DNA of 64,000 nucleotides from Rhizomicrobium sp. (lineage in GTDB: Bacteria > Pseudomonadota > Alphaproteobacteria > Micropepsales > Micropepsaceae): contig DATKON010000132.1 of the NCBI GenBank assembly GCA_035524575.1, forward strand, positions 4,643 to 68,642, given 5' to 3'. The notes under the pieces are model-generated. The model saw only the letters and a list, made by a program, of their open reading frames with translations, had not been told where the DNA came from and made no database searches. Shown piece by piece: positions 53,083 through 62,036 of this stretch. How positions within the stretch are numbered: position 1 is the first letter of the stretch; every line of letters starts with the position of its first letter. A program made the translations under genes and the position numbers.

Positions 53083-53097
53083 TTAGAATGCTTCTAA
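53083..53097. promoter_or_regulatory. Second ICE/Irr-box core, TTAGAA-tgc-TTCTAA, in the irr-fabA divergent region
   Basis: gTTAGAAtgcTTCTAAc was read directly. It lies 90-104 bp upstream of the irr start and 58-72 bp upstream of the fabA ATG (53155). Confidence 0.5.
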
Positions 53098-53154
53098 CAG
53101 TGAGGAAATCGGCCAGGCGGAGCGTTTTGTCAAGGCCGCGGGCCAGGTGAACGG

Positions 53155-53712
53155 ATGGTAAACCCCATGATGGGACGCAAATCGAGTTTCGACATGCAGG
53201 CGCTGCTGGCCTGCGCGCGCGGCGAGTTGTTCGGAGAAGGCAACGCCAAGCTGCCCCTGCCGCCCATGCTGATGATCGACCGTATCACCCGGATTTCCGC
53301 CACCGGCGGCAGCGCCGACAAAGGTGAGATCGAAGCCGAATTCGATATCCGGCCGGATCTCTGGTTCTTCAAATGCCATTTCCAGAACGACCCCGTGATG
53401 CCCGGCTGCCTGGGCCTCGACGCCATGTGGCAGATGGTCGGCTTCTTCCTCGGCTGGCTGGGCGGCTTGGGCCGCGGCCGCGCGCTCGGCGTCGGCGAGG
53501 TCAAATTCTCCGGCATGGTGCTGCCGAGCGCCAAGCTCGTCAGCTACTACATCGACTTGAAGCGCGTGATCATGCGCAAGCTCGTGGTCGGCGTCGCCGA
53601 CGGCTACATGAAGGTCGACGGCAAGCTCGTATTCGAAGCGAAGGACCTGAAGGTCGGTCTATTCATGGACGAGAAGGCCGCCATGCTGGAAAAGGCCGCC
53701 GCCCCGGCTTGA
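53155..53712 (+). CDS. fabA: 3-hydroxydecanoyl-ACP dehydratase / trans-2-decenoyl-ACP isomerase
   Basis: [47 protein letters not shown] (the active-site His region). Alternative starts at 53167 and 53170. Confidence 0.9.
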   Translation: MVNPMMGRKSSFDMQALLACARGELFGEGNAKLPLPPMLMIDRITRISATGGSADKGEIEAEFDIRPDLWFFKCHFQNDPVMPGCLGLDAMWQMVGFFLGWLGGLGRGRALGVGEVKFSGMVLPSAKLVSYYIDLKRVIMRKLVVGVADGYMKVDGKLVFEAKDLKVGLFMDEKAAMLEKAAAPA

Positions 53713-53830
53713 CCTCTCCGTCCCGCACCGTCTACGGGGGCCACGCAAGACGAGGGGAACCAATCCCCTCTCTCCGGCTTCCCCCGCTTATGCGGGGGCC
53801 GGAAGGCAGAAGACGTGAAAGGAGACGTCC

Positions 53831-55051
53831 ATGAGGCGTGTGGTGGTCACGGGCATGGGCATCGTGTCTTCCATCGGCAACAACGCGCAGGAAGTCGTGG
53901 CCTCGCTGCGCGAAGCCCGTTCCGGCGTCACGGCAGCCGACGACTACGTGAAGCTCGGCTTCCGCAGCCAGGTGCATGGCAGCCTCAAGGTCGATCTCGA
54001 CACCGCCGTCGATCGGCGCGCGCGCCGCTTCATGGGTGACGGCGCGGCCTATGCGTGGCTGGCGATGAACCAGGCGATCCAGGACGCGGGTCTTGAACCG
54101 AACGACATCAGCAACCCGCGCACCGGTCTGATCGTGGGTTCCGGCGGTCCGTCGACCAAGGCGATCGTCGCCGCGGCCGACACGACGCGGCAGTCCGGTC
54201 CCAAGCGCGTCGGACCCTTCGCGGTGCCGAAAGCGATGTCGTCGACCTGTTCCGCCAATCTCTCGACCTGGTTCAAGACCAAAGGCGTCAACTACTCGAT
54301 CAGCTCGGCCTGCTCGACCTCCGCCAACTGCATCGGCAATGCAGCGGAGATGATCCAGTGGGGCAAGCAGGACATGATGTTCGCCGGCGGCGCCGAAGAG
54401 CTCGACTGGACTCTGTCCGTCCTCTTCGACGCGATGGGCGCCATGTCGTCGAAATACAATGCGACGCCTGAGAAAGCTTCGCGCGCCTACGACAAGAACC
54501 GCGACGGCTTCGTCATCTCGGGCGGCGGCGGCATTCTCGTGCTGGAAGAGCTCGAGCATGCCAAGGCGCGCGGCGCGAAGATCTACGCCGAGCTCGTCGG
54601 CTACGGCGCGACGGCCGACGGCGCCGACATGGTCGCGCCGTCCGGCGAAGGCGCGGTGCGCTGCATGAAGATGGCGCTCGAAAACGTCAAAGCGCCGGTC
54701 GATTACATCAATCCGCACGCGACCTCGACGCCGGTGGGCGACATTCCCGAGATCGACGCGATCCGCGAAGTGTTCGGCGCACACAAGATGCCGCCGATCA
54801 GCGCCACGAAGTCGCTGACGGGCCACAGCCAGGGCGCCGCCGGCGTACACGAGGCGATCTATACGCTTCTCATGATGCGGCACGGTTTCATCGCCGAGAG
54901 CGCAAACATCGAAGAGATCGATCCCGCGGTCGCCGATGCGCCGATCGTCAGAAGCCGGATCGACAACGCGAAAATCGACGTCGCCATGTCCAACAGTTTC
55001 GGCTTTGGCGGCACCAATGCCGTCTTGGTGTTCCAGCGCTACGCGGCGTGA
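53831..55051 (+). CDS. fabB: Beta-ketoacyl-ACP synthase I
   Basis: 406 aa. [27 protein letters not shown] (active-site Cys), [32 protein letters not shown]. Confidence 0.9.
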   Translation: MRRVVVTGMGIVSSIGNNAQEVVASLREARSGVTAADDYVKLGFRSQVHGSLKVDLDTAVDRRARRFMGDGAAYAWLAMNQAIQDAGLEPNDISNPRTGLIVGSGGPSTKAIVAAADTTRQSGPKRVGPFAVPKAMSSTCSANLSTWFKTKGVNYSISSACSTSANCIGNAAEMIQWGKQDMMFAGGAEELDWTLSVLFDAMGAMSSKYNATPEKASRAYDKNRDGFVISGGGGILVLEELEHAKARGAKIYAELVGYGATADGADMVAPSGEGAVRCMKMALENVKAPVDYINPHATSTPVGDIPEIDAIREVFGAHKMPPISATKSLTGHSQGAAGVHEAIYTLLMMRHGFIAESANIEEIDPAVADAPIVRSRIDNAKIDVAMSNSFGFGGTNAVLVFQRYAA

Positions 55052-55111
55052 CGCGCACGGGTTTTGCAGGGCGTACGGGGCGAACGCTCCGATTTGAGAC
55101 AAGGGGTTCGT

Positions 55112-56002
55112 ATGGGTGATGGCAAAGGCTTGATGGCCGGCCGACGGGGTCTGGTGATGGGGGTGGCGAACGATCACTCGATCGCCTGGGGCATCGCGCG
55201 CACGCTGGCCGCACACGGCGCCGAGATCGCGTTCACCTATCAGGGCGACGCGCAGGCGAAGCGATTGAAGCCGCTGGCGGCGGGCATCGGCTCGACGATC
55301 CTTCTTCCTTGCGACGTCGAGGACGACACGCAGCTCGACGACGTCTTCGCGCATCTCGCCCGCGAGTGGGGCGCCATCGACTTCCTCGTGCATGCCATCG
55401 CGCATTCCGACAAGAACGAACTCAAGGGCCGCTATGTCGACACGACGCGCGCCAATTTCCGCCGCTCGCTCGAGATCTCCTGCTACTCGTTCACCGCGGT
55501 GGCGCAGCGCGCGGCGCGGCTGATGTCGACGGATATGGGCCACAAGGGCGGCGCCATGATCACGCTGAGTTATCTGGGCGCCACGCGCGTGACGCCGAAC
55601 TACAACGTCATGGGCGTCGCCAAGGCGGCGCTCGAAGCGTCCGTGCGCTACCTCGCCGCCGATCTCGGCCGTGACGGCATCCGCGTCAACGCGATCTCGG
55701 CAGGGCCGATGCGCACGCTCGCGGGTTCCGCCGTCGGCGACGCGCGCACCATGTTCAAATGGAACAAGGCGCAGGCGCCGCTCAAGATCAACATCACGCT
55801 CGACCAGGTCGGCGGCGCGGCGACCTATCTCTTGAGCGAATTGGGTGCAGGCGTCACCGGCGAAATCCATTTCGTCGATGCCGGCTACAACATCGTCGGC
55901 GTTCCGCCGGCTGCGACGCTCAAAGGCTGGGTTGCGGCCGACAACGGCGAGGAGGCCGAGGGCGAAAAGGCGACGCGGGAAGCCGCTTTGACCACGCCGT
56001 GA
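55112..56002 (+). CDS. fabI: Enoyl-ACP reductase (NADH), FabI
   Basis: GLVMGVANDHSIAWGIA, SYLGATRVTPNYNVMGVAKAALEASVRYLA (Tyr-x6-Lys), NAISAGP.RTLA. The start could also be 55133. Confidence 0.9.
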   Translation: MGDGKGLMAGRRGLVMGVANDHSIAWGIARTLAAHGAEIAFTYQGDAQAKRLKPLAAGIGSTILLPCDVEDDTQLDDVFAHLAREWGAIDFLVHAIAHSDKNELKGRYVDTTRANFRRSLEISCYSFTAVAQRAARLMSTDMGHKGGAMITLSYLGATRVTPNYNVMGVAKAALEASVRYLAADLGRDGIRVNAISAGPMRTLAGSAVGDARTMFKWNKAQAPLKINITLDQVGGAATYLLSELGAGVTGEIHFVDAGYNIVGVPPAATLKGWVAADNGEEAEGEKATREAALTTP

Positions 56003-56031
56003 CGGCGTCTCGCGCGAAGCGATAACGTGCC

Positions 56032-56541
56032 GTGGCGGAGGGGGCTCTGCAATCGCCGGTCTTTCTTATTTTCCTCTTTCTGGGGTTCTGGATTGCCGCG
56101 CTCGCGGTCTTCCGTCGGTATTGGTATCGCACACCGCAAGGCAAAGAGTGGCGCCAGTATCGCGATCGGCTGAGTCTCGCAACGCGTCGCCGCTTGGTCT
56201 CGATCCAATGGTTGATCTTGATTGTGTCGGGCGTCGCCGTCTTGGCGGCGGCTATCCAATTCCGTCGCCACCTTCATGCCAACGAGGAGCCCGGCGACGC
56301 CAGCCCATTGGCCATCGCTCTGATCACCGTTTCCAGCTACTTGATTGCGAGCGTCTTCACCTGGTTGCTGACCAATGTCGTATGGTGGCTCACGCCATCG
56401 ATGCGAATCGAAAGCAGAACGGCGAGGGAAGGTCTCAGCGCCGTCACGTTTCGTAACGGCATCAAACTTTTCATGTTACAGGCCGCGATCGTGATTCCAA
56501 TTTGCCTCGCGCAAATCTATCTGGGCTCTGTCATGCGATGA
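56032..56541 (+). CDS. Hypothetical membrane protein (169 aa, ~4 TM segments)
   Basis: There are hydrophobic segments throughout. It lies 30 bp after the fabI stop, and its stop overlaps the next start (ATGA). I recognise no family. Confidence 0.5.
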   Translation: MAEGALQSPVFLIFLFLGFWIAALAVFRRYWYRTPQGKEWRQYRDRLSLATRRRLVSIQWLILIVSGVAVLAAAIQFRRHLHANEEPGDASPLAIALITVSSYLIASVFTWLLTNVVWWLTPSMRIESRTAREGLSAVTFRNGIKLFMLQAAIVIPICLAQIYLGSVMR

Positions 56542-56948
56542 GCGCCGGATATTCGGGAACGCCGCTGGCGAAGAAGCTCGGGATCAAATCCGAAAGCGTT
56601 GTCCTTTCCATCGCCGCGCCGCGCGAATACCGCGACTGGCTCGCGCCGATTCCGAAGGATGTCTCGTTCGTCGCGAAAGCGCCGAACGCTCGCGCGGATG
56701 TCGTCCACCTCTTCGTGACGTCGCTGGCGGAGCTGAAACGCGATCTGCCGAAGGCGCGCGCCGCGATGAAGACCGACGGGGCCATCTGGGTGTCCTGGCA
56801 CAAGAAGTCCGCGAAAATCCCGACCGATGTGACGGAAGACGAAGTCCGCCGCCTGGCGCTCGCGGGCGATCTCGTCGACGTGAAGGTCTGCGCCGTCACA
56901 GAAATCTGGTCCGGCCTCAAGCTCGTGGTGCGCAAGCATCTTCGCTAA
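56538..56948 (+). CDS. DUF3052-like protein (136 aa)
   Basis: The start was moved to MSAGYSGTPLAKKLGIK. The following ...DVVHLFV......L......A...DGAIWVSW.KK pattern is the DUF3052 pattern as I recall it. Confidence 0.65.
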   Translation: MSAGYSGTPLAKKLGIKSESVVLSIAAPREYRDWLAPIPKDVSFVAKAPNARADVVHLFVTSLAELKRDLPKARAAMKTDGAIWVSWHKKSAKIPTDVTEDEVRRLALAGDLVDVKVCAVTEIWSGLKLVVRKHLR

Positions 56949-57140
56949 GGGCAACAATTCGGAAATCGCGCTGTGCAGAATCAAAGCCTTGCGCGGTGAA
57001 ATGCGAAACGTTGGGTAACAGGACGAAATTCCGCTTGCGTCTTTTGATCAAAAGTCATACTGATTTCGCCATAATGCGGTGCTGTGCCCGGCGCTCTTTC
57101 GAGCGGCGGGTTTTTTGTTGCCGCGCCCGCGGAGAGAGGA

Positions 57141-57390
57141 CCCCTCACCCGCACCAGAGCAGACGAACAAATCGAGCCTCGCATCCCTCTCCCTCAACCC
57201 GCCTTCGCCAAGGCTTCGGCGGGCGAGTGAGTCTCGAGTCCTCCGAAGCTGCGCAGCAGCGTAAGAGGGGAAATTGTGCGTACTGCATAGACAGAATTTG
57301 CTTGAGCGAGACACCAAAGTCCTCCTCTCCCCTTGAGGGAGAGGGATGCAGGACGCGGAATGTGAATTCTGCGCCGCCGTGGGTGAGGGG
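57141..57390. repeat. ~250-bp MITE-like element with composite terminal inverted repeats
   Basis: The outer inverted repeat pairs cccctcaccc (57141-57150) with gggtgagggg (57381-57390). The inner 17-bp perfect inverted repeat pairs gcatccctctccctcaa (57181-57197) with ttgagggagagggatgc (57333-57349). The internal module ccgccttcgccaaggcttcggcgg also occurs, inverted, at 14581-14604. Confidence 0.6.
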
Positions 57391-57567
57391 TATCTCTCTA
57401 CGAGCCGCCGGCGGTTGGTCGCGCCTGTTACCGTGCCAATTCCGTGATCCTGGCATCATGCGCGAGTGCGCCGCGCCGCGAAAGGTCTGAAAACAAAGCC
57501 GGATTCGAAATTCGTGCGGCGCGGTGCCCGAAAAAATTGCGTGTAAACGCCGTCAGAGCACGGAATT

Positions 57568-57897
57568 TCACCGCGGTTTTTTTGCCTTCTTCTTCTCCGC
57601 CGGCTTGTTCGCCTCCCAGGCTTCGTGGATCAGCCCCGCAAGCTCGGTCTTCGACACCTTCGAGATCTGCACGATCACATTCGCCGTCTTGCCCCACATG
57701 TATTTGACGAAGGTTTTCGGATCGGCCTCGAAGAGGAATTCCTTCCGCTCCTCGGGCAGGTTCAGATAGAGCCCGTCGGGCCGCATCACCGCGAAGATGC
57801 GTTTCTTCGTGCGGTAGCTGGGCCGTCCCCAATGATCGACCTCGCTCACACCGTCGAGCGCCAGCGCGATCTTTTTGACATCGCCTGCCGTGGCCAT
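57568..57897 (-). CDS. MmcQ/YjbR-family protein (109 aa) with a Lys-rich tail
   Basis: The start was moved to MATAGDVKKIALALDGVSEVDHWGRPSYR.KKRIFA. This is the pattern of the YjbR/CyaY-like fold family as I recall it. Confidence 0.65.
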   Translation of the reverse strand: MATAGDVKKIALALDGVSEVDHWGRPSYRTKKRIFAVMRPDGLYLNLPEERKEFLFEADPKTFVKYMWGKTANVIVQISKVSKTELAGLIHEAWEANKPAEKKKAKKPR

Positions 57898-58056
57898 GAA
57901 CCGGAGTGTGCGACACCGTCGCCAAAAAGCAAACGGGCCCGGACAACTCGGCCGGGCCCGTCCGCGAGGCACCCGCTTCTGGTGCGGATGCTCGTCGCGA
58001 TCGTGTCTGTCGTCGCGGTAATGCATTTCAATCGTCGGAGTTCCGTGCCCGGCGCG

Positions 58057-59031
58057 TCAGGCGCGCGACGACGGCCTGAAGACGATGTCGCTGACGAACC
58101 GGCCGCTCGCGGCACGCCGCATCTGCACGATGACGTCGACCACCTGGCGCACATAGGTCTCGATGGTCGACCAGTCGACGCCGAGGCCGGACAGCAGCGC
58201 CATCATGGTGATCTGCTCGACGGCGGCGTCGGGCGAATCCGCGTGCACCGTCGTGATCGAGCCGGGATGGCCGGTGTTGACGGCGCGCAGGAACGTGAAC
58301 GCCTCCTTGCCGCGCAATTCGCCGAGGAGGATGCGGTCGGGCCGAAGGCGCAGGCTCGCCGCCAGCAGATCTTCGGCGCCGACCTGCGCTTCGCCGAGCT
58401 CGCCGCGCACGGCGATCAGGCCCAGCGCATTGGCATGTTCGAGTTTGATCTCCGGCGTATCCTCGATGACGATCAGCCGCTCGTGTCCGTCGATGAGCTT
58501 CACCAGCGCGTTCAGCAGCGTGGTCTTGCCCGACGACGTGCCGCCGGAAATGACAATGGTCTTCCTGGCGCGCACCGCTTCGCGCAGGAACGCCGCCTGA
58601 TCGCCCGCGGCGAGAAGCCGTCCGAGCGCCTCGTCGGTCGCGTGCCGATCCGCATCGAGGGGCCTGCGGAACAGGCCGGAGCGGTCGAGCTCGTCGAGCG
58701 AGAGATTGGAGATCGTGTGCTTGCGGATGGCCAATGCGAGACCTGAGCGCGTCGCCGGCGGCGCCACGATCTGCACGCGCGCGCCGTCGGGCAAGGTCGC
58801 GGACAGCAATGGCTGCTCGCGATTGACGCCCTGATGCGTCGTGCCGGCGATCTGGCGTGCAAGGCGCTGCAGCACGATCTCGGTGAGATCCGGCGCGGCC
58901 TCGCGCGTGATGCCGCCGCTTGCGGTTTCCACCCACACTTCGCCCGGCCGGTTGACCAGAATGTCGGTCACGTCGTCGCGTGCGAGCCAGATCTCGAACG
59001 GCGCCAGATAGCTCTTGAGGTAGACGTTCAT
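58057..59031 (-). CDS. virB11: Type IV secretion ATPase VirB11
   Basis: The start was moved to MNVYLKSYL. Motifs: Walker A ISGGTSSGKTTLLNAL, IVIEDTPE, RLRPDRILLGELRG.EAF.FLRAVNTGHPGSITTVHA. Confidence 0.9.
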   Translation of the reverse strand: MNVYLKSYLAPFEIWLARDDVTDILVNRPGEVWVETASGGITREAAPDLTEIVLQRLARQIAGTTHQGVNREQPLLSATLPDGARVQIVAPPATRSGLALAIRKHTISNLSLDELDRSGLFRRPLDADRHATDEALGRLLAAGDQAAFLREAVRARKTIVISGGTSSGKTTLLNALVKLIDGHERLIVIEDTPEIKLEHANALGLIAVRGELGEAQVGAEDLLAASLRLRPDRILLGELRGKEAFTFLRAVNTGHPGSITTVHADSPDAAVEQITMMALLSGLGVDWSTIETYVRQVVDVIVQMRRAASGRFVSDIVFRPSSRA

Positions 59032-59038
59032 GGACGGC

Positions 59039-60127
59039 TCAGGGCGCCTTCGGACGCGGCACGGCGGAGAAGTCGAGATCGCGGCTGACGAAGACGCGCA
59101 CGGGCGTGCCTTGCGGCACCGTGATCGTCGTCGGTACGTCGATATATTTCTGCAGCGCGATGGCCGCCACGTTGTTCGCCTGCTGCGGCGTGCCGATGAC
59201 GATGGCCGTGGTGTTTTCCTTGGCCGTCGAGTTGACCGCCGCATCGAGTCCGGCCGTCAGCACCGACAGAAGGATCGCCGAGCCGAAACGCTGCAGGAAA
59301 TGCGAGTTGGATTCGCCTTCGATGCCGCCGCGGCCCAAGGGGTCCGTCGCAGGCGAGCCGATGTCGACCGAGACGGCGTCCGGCGTCAGAAGCCGCGACC
59401 ACACGACGAAGGCGCGCGAATAGCCGGCGGCGACGGCGCTGCGGTACTGGCCGATCAGCTTGGAGCCGCGCGGGATCAGGACCGTCGATCCGTCGAAGCC
59501 GTGCACGTCGCGGCTGACGACGGCGCGCACAAAGCCGGGGAGATCGGAATTGACTCCCGTCTCGAGGATGGCGGGGATGACCGTGCCCTGCGGCACGATG
59601 AGCTTGGTGTCGCGCAGTTGCGAGGCGACGGCGGTGACCGCCTGCGACTGGCTCACGCGGCTGGCGAAAGTATCGTCGTCGAGATTGTTGCCGATGGCGT
59701 TGTGCGGGGGGGCCGATGCATCGGCTTTCACGATCTGCGTGGTCGTTGTCGTGCCGCTTCCGCTTGTCGTCTGTGCCGTCGAGGGCGCATCGCTCAAATC
59801 GACGATCATCGCCGGCGCGCCGAGACGGCCGGAGGTCTCGTGCGCGGGCTCGGCAACAACGGGCGTCGTCGCCGGCACGACACGCGCGACGGGAGGCGGC
59901 GGCGCCATTTGCGCGATGGCGACGGGATGCGGCGCAGGCTTCGCACCTTGCGCGTGTTCGGTGCGGCTCTTCGAAAGCGAGGCGAAGAGAACGACCGCAA
60001 GAAGCACGATGAGGACGAGCCCGCCGGCAAATCCCCATGGCGTCTCGTGGCGGGCGACGGCGCTCAACGGCCGCGCAAAGCGATCGAACACCGCGCTTCC
60101 GCGCCTTTCAAATCCCGTGTCGGTCAT
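59039..60127 (-). CDS. virB10: Type IV secretion protein VirB10
   Basis: It has an N-terminal TM helix, a Pro-rich linker (APPPPVARVVPATTPVV) and a C-terminal TrbI/VirB10 domain (GTVIPAILETGVNSDLPG.VRAVV..DV....G..VLIPRGSKLIGQY). Confidence 0.85.
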   Translation of the reverse strand: MTDTGFERRGSAVFDRFARPLSAVARHETPWGFAGGLVLIVLLAVVLFASLSKSRTEHAQGAKPAPHPVAIAQMAPPPPVARVVPATTPVVAEPAHETSGRLGAPAMIVDLSDAPSTAQTTSGSGTTTTTQIVKADASAPPHNAIGNNLDDDTFASRVSQSQAVTAVASQLRDTKLIVPQGTVIPAILETGVNSDLPGFVRAVVSRDVHGFDGSTVLIPRGSKLIGQYRSAVAAGYSRAFVVWSRLLTPDAVSVDIGSPATDPLGRGGIEGESNSHFLQRFGSAILLSVLTAGLDAAVNSTAKENTTAIVIGTPQQANNVAAIALQKYIDVPTTITVPQGTPVRVFVSRDLDFSAVPRPKAP

Positions 60128-60915
60128 TGGAACAGTCTCTCGAAAAATGTGGGTTCGGGACGCGGCCTGGGACTTAGCGGTCCCGCACCTTCTTCGTGAT
60201 AGCCGTCGTTGAAGATTCGCGTCGTTTCCTGTCCGCGGCGCAGCACGAAAGCGCGCGCCACGCGGTCGACCACGAGATAGCCGTCGCGGCTCGCGACGTT
60301 GACGACCGATTCCTGGTTGTCGCCATCGACGACGAAGATGGCCGGGTACTCGCTCGATTCCGAGAAGGCGAAATAGGTCGAGTGGCCGTCGTCGAAGACG
60401 CGCGTCGGAAGGTTCTTCGACGAGCCCTCATAGCTGTAGGCGTGGTTGACGTCGCTCGGCAGCTCCGGCTTCGGCGCCGCCTGGTCCGCCGCGACAACCG
60501 CGGCCGCGGGCTCGGGATATTCGAAGCGCACGCCGAAGATGATGCTGCGGTCGCGCGCCGACTGCTCGGGCCCGACACTGAGATCGAACATGTAGCGGCG
60601 AAGATTGGTGAAGACCGCCATGTTGGTCACCGCGTCGCGGCGCATCGGCTTGACGAACAGAAGATTGGCTCTGCGGTTCGGCGTCACCTGCCATCCCTGG
60701 CTGTCGCCGATGGCGACGTTCTCGATCTTCTCGTTCTCGCCGAACTCGATGCTCATGGCATAGCCGAGCGTGCCGGTGAGTTCGATCACGTTGTTGGGAT
60801 CGTAGCGCACGATGCGGATGCGCGGATCGGCGGCGCCGGGCAGCGGTTGTTCCGCGGCCTCTGCCGTCGCGCTCAGGGCCAACACCAGTGCCAGGATGGA
60901 AAGGCGCAATCTCAT
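60124..60915 (-). CDS. virB9: Type IV secretion protein VirB9
   Basis: The start at MRLRLSILALVLALSATAEA (signal peptide) overlaps the virB6 stop. Motifs: DPRIRIVRYDPNNV..L....GY...IEF...E.I..VAIGDS.GWQV, LFVKP. Confidence 0.85.
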   Translation of the reverse strand: MRLRLSILALVLALSATAEAAEQPLPGAADPRIRIVRYDPNNVIELTGTLGYAMSIEFGENEKIENVAIGDSQGWQVTPNRRANLLFVKPMRRDAVTNMAVFTNLRRYMFDLSVGPEQSARDRSIIFGVRFEYPEPAAAVVAADQAAPKPELPSDVNHAYSYEGSSKNLPTRVFDDGHSTYFAFSESSEYPAIFVVDGDNQESVVNVASRDGYLVVDRVARAFVLRRGQETTRIFNDGYHEEGAGPLSPRPRPEPTFFERLFQ

Positions 60916-62036
60916 GAACGGCCGACCTTTGAAGAGCGCCGCGACCATCTCTCAGGCATCCGCCGATAATCCTCCCCGAGACGTTCGGGCCGCGATGACG
61001 GGCGCGGCGAATAGACGGGCGCCGCGTCGCTTTGCGAAGCGACGATGGTATTCGAGGCGTAGTGCGGGCTCGAGGAGCGCTGCAGCGAGTGGACGAGCTG
61101 GTCGATGCGCGTGTCGCCGACATGGGCGGGCATTGCGACGACGGCAGGCAGAGGCGCCGACGCCGCCGCTTTGCGCCGGACGGGAAAGCGGAAGCCGACC
61201 GCGACGATGGCGGCGGCGATCACCAGACCGAACTGCGCCGCCGCGAAAACATAGACGATGAAGCAGGTTACCATCGCCTGCGACGGATCGAGCGCCGCCG
61301 TCGCCTTCTGCTGCTCCAGGAGATCGAGGCGCGGCTCGATGGTGGCAAGAAGAATGATCGTGGTGATCCAGCACAGCATCGGCACGAAGGCCGCCGCACA
61401 GAGGGCGCGCACCCAGCCGACGAAAAGTCCGCCGGCGCTTTCGAACAGGAACAGCGCGAGGAAGATCGGGCCGACCATCGCGAGCACGCCCGTGACGACG
61501 GTGGCGAAAGCGAGGAGGCCGCCCGTCGCCGCCAAAAGCGCGTTGGTCGCATAGGCAAGTTCGCTGGAGGCCTGCGCCGCGCCGGCACTGGTTCCGGCGA
61601 TGTCGGCCTGCGCCAGCTTCGCGAAGGCCGTCTCGTCGGCGCGCATCTCGTCATAGGCCGTCTGCAGGCGGTCGAGCGGCGAGAACTGCGGCCCGACAAG
61701 AATGCCGGCGAGCTCGGTCGGTGCGCGCGCACTCAGGTCGAGCACCAGCGTCTGGAACACCGTCCAGTTCAGCGTCAGCGCCAGGACCGTGCCGATCTTG
61801 AGGCCGATCAGCGGGATCTCGGACAGCGACGGCGCGCCGAGGCCCGTCAACAGGCGATAGCCGAGGACCGCGACATAGATCGTCAAAAGCATCGTGATCG
61901 CGATGGGGAAGATGGAATGGGGGCCGGTCAGCGCGTGGAACCCCGCTTCCGAGAACAGCCCCACATTGCAGCGTGTCGACGCGAGGAGCTCGCGGATCAC
62001 GCCGAGATCGGACAGTGTGAGCGCGCAGCCGTTCAT
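60912..62036 (-). CDS. virB6: VirB6/TrbL-family polytopic inner-membrane T4SS protein with a disordered Ser/Pro/Arg-rich tail
   Basis: Only the C-terminal 374 aa of track ORF 60912..62441 are used. The ATG at 62036 overlaps the virB4 stop. It has 5-6 TM segments and the motif TIYVAVLGYRLLTG, typical of VirB6. Confidence 0.7.
   Translation of the reverse strand: MNGCALTLSDLGVIRELLASTRCNVGLFSEAGFHALTGPHSIFPIAITMLLTIYVAVLGYRLLTGLGAPSLSEIPLIGLKIGTVLALTLNWTVFQTLVLDLSARAPTELAGILVGPQFSPLDRLQTAYDEMRADETAFAKLAQADIAGTSAGAAQASSELAYATNALLAATGGLLAFATVVTGVLAMVGPIFLALFLFESAGGLFVGWVRALCAAAFVPMLCWITTIILLATIEPRLDLLEQQKATAALDPSQAMVTCFIVYVFAAAQFGLVIAAAIVAVGFRFPVRRKAAASAPLPAVVAMPAHVGDTRIDQLVHSLQRSSSPHYASNTIVASQSDAAPVYSPRPSSRPERLGEDYRRMPERWSRRSSKVGRS

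Noticed and set aside
53732-55870. 712-aa minus-strand ORF opposite fabB and fabI
   Set aside because: The plus strand encodes unmistakable FabB and FabI active-site motifs. The antisense product is Arg/His/Asp-rich nonsense.
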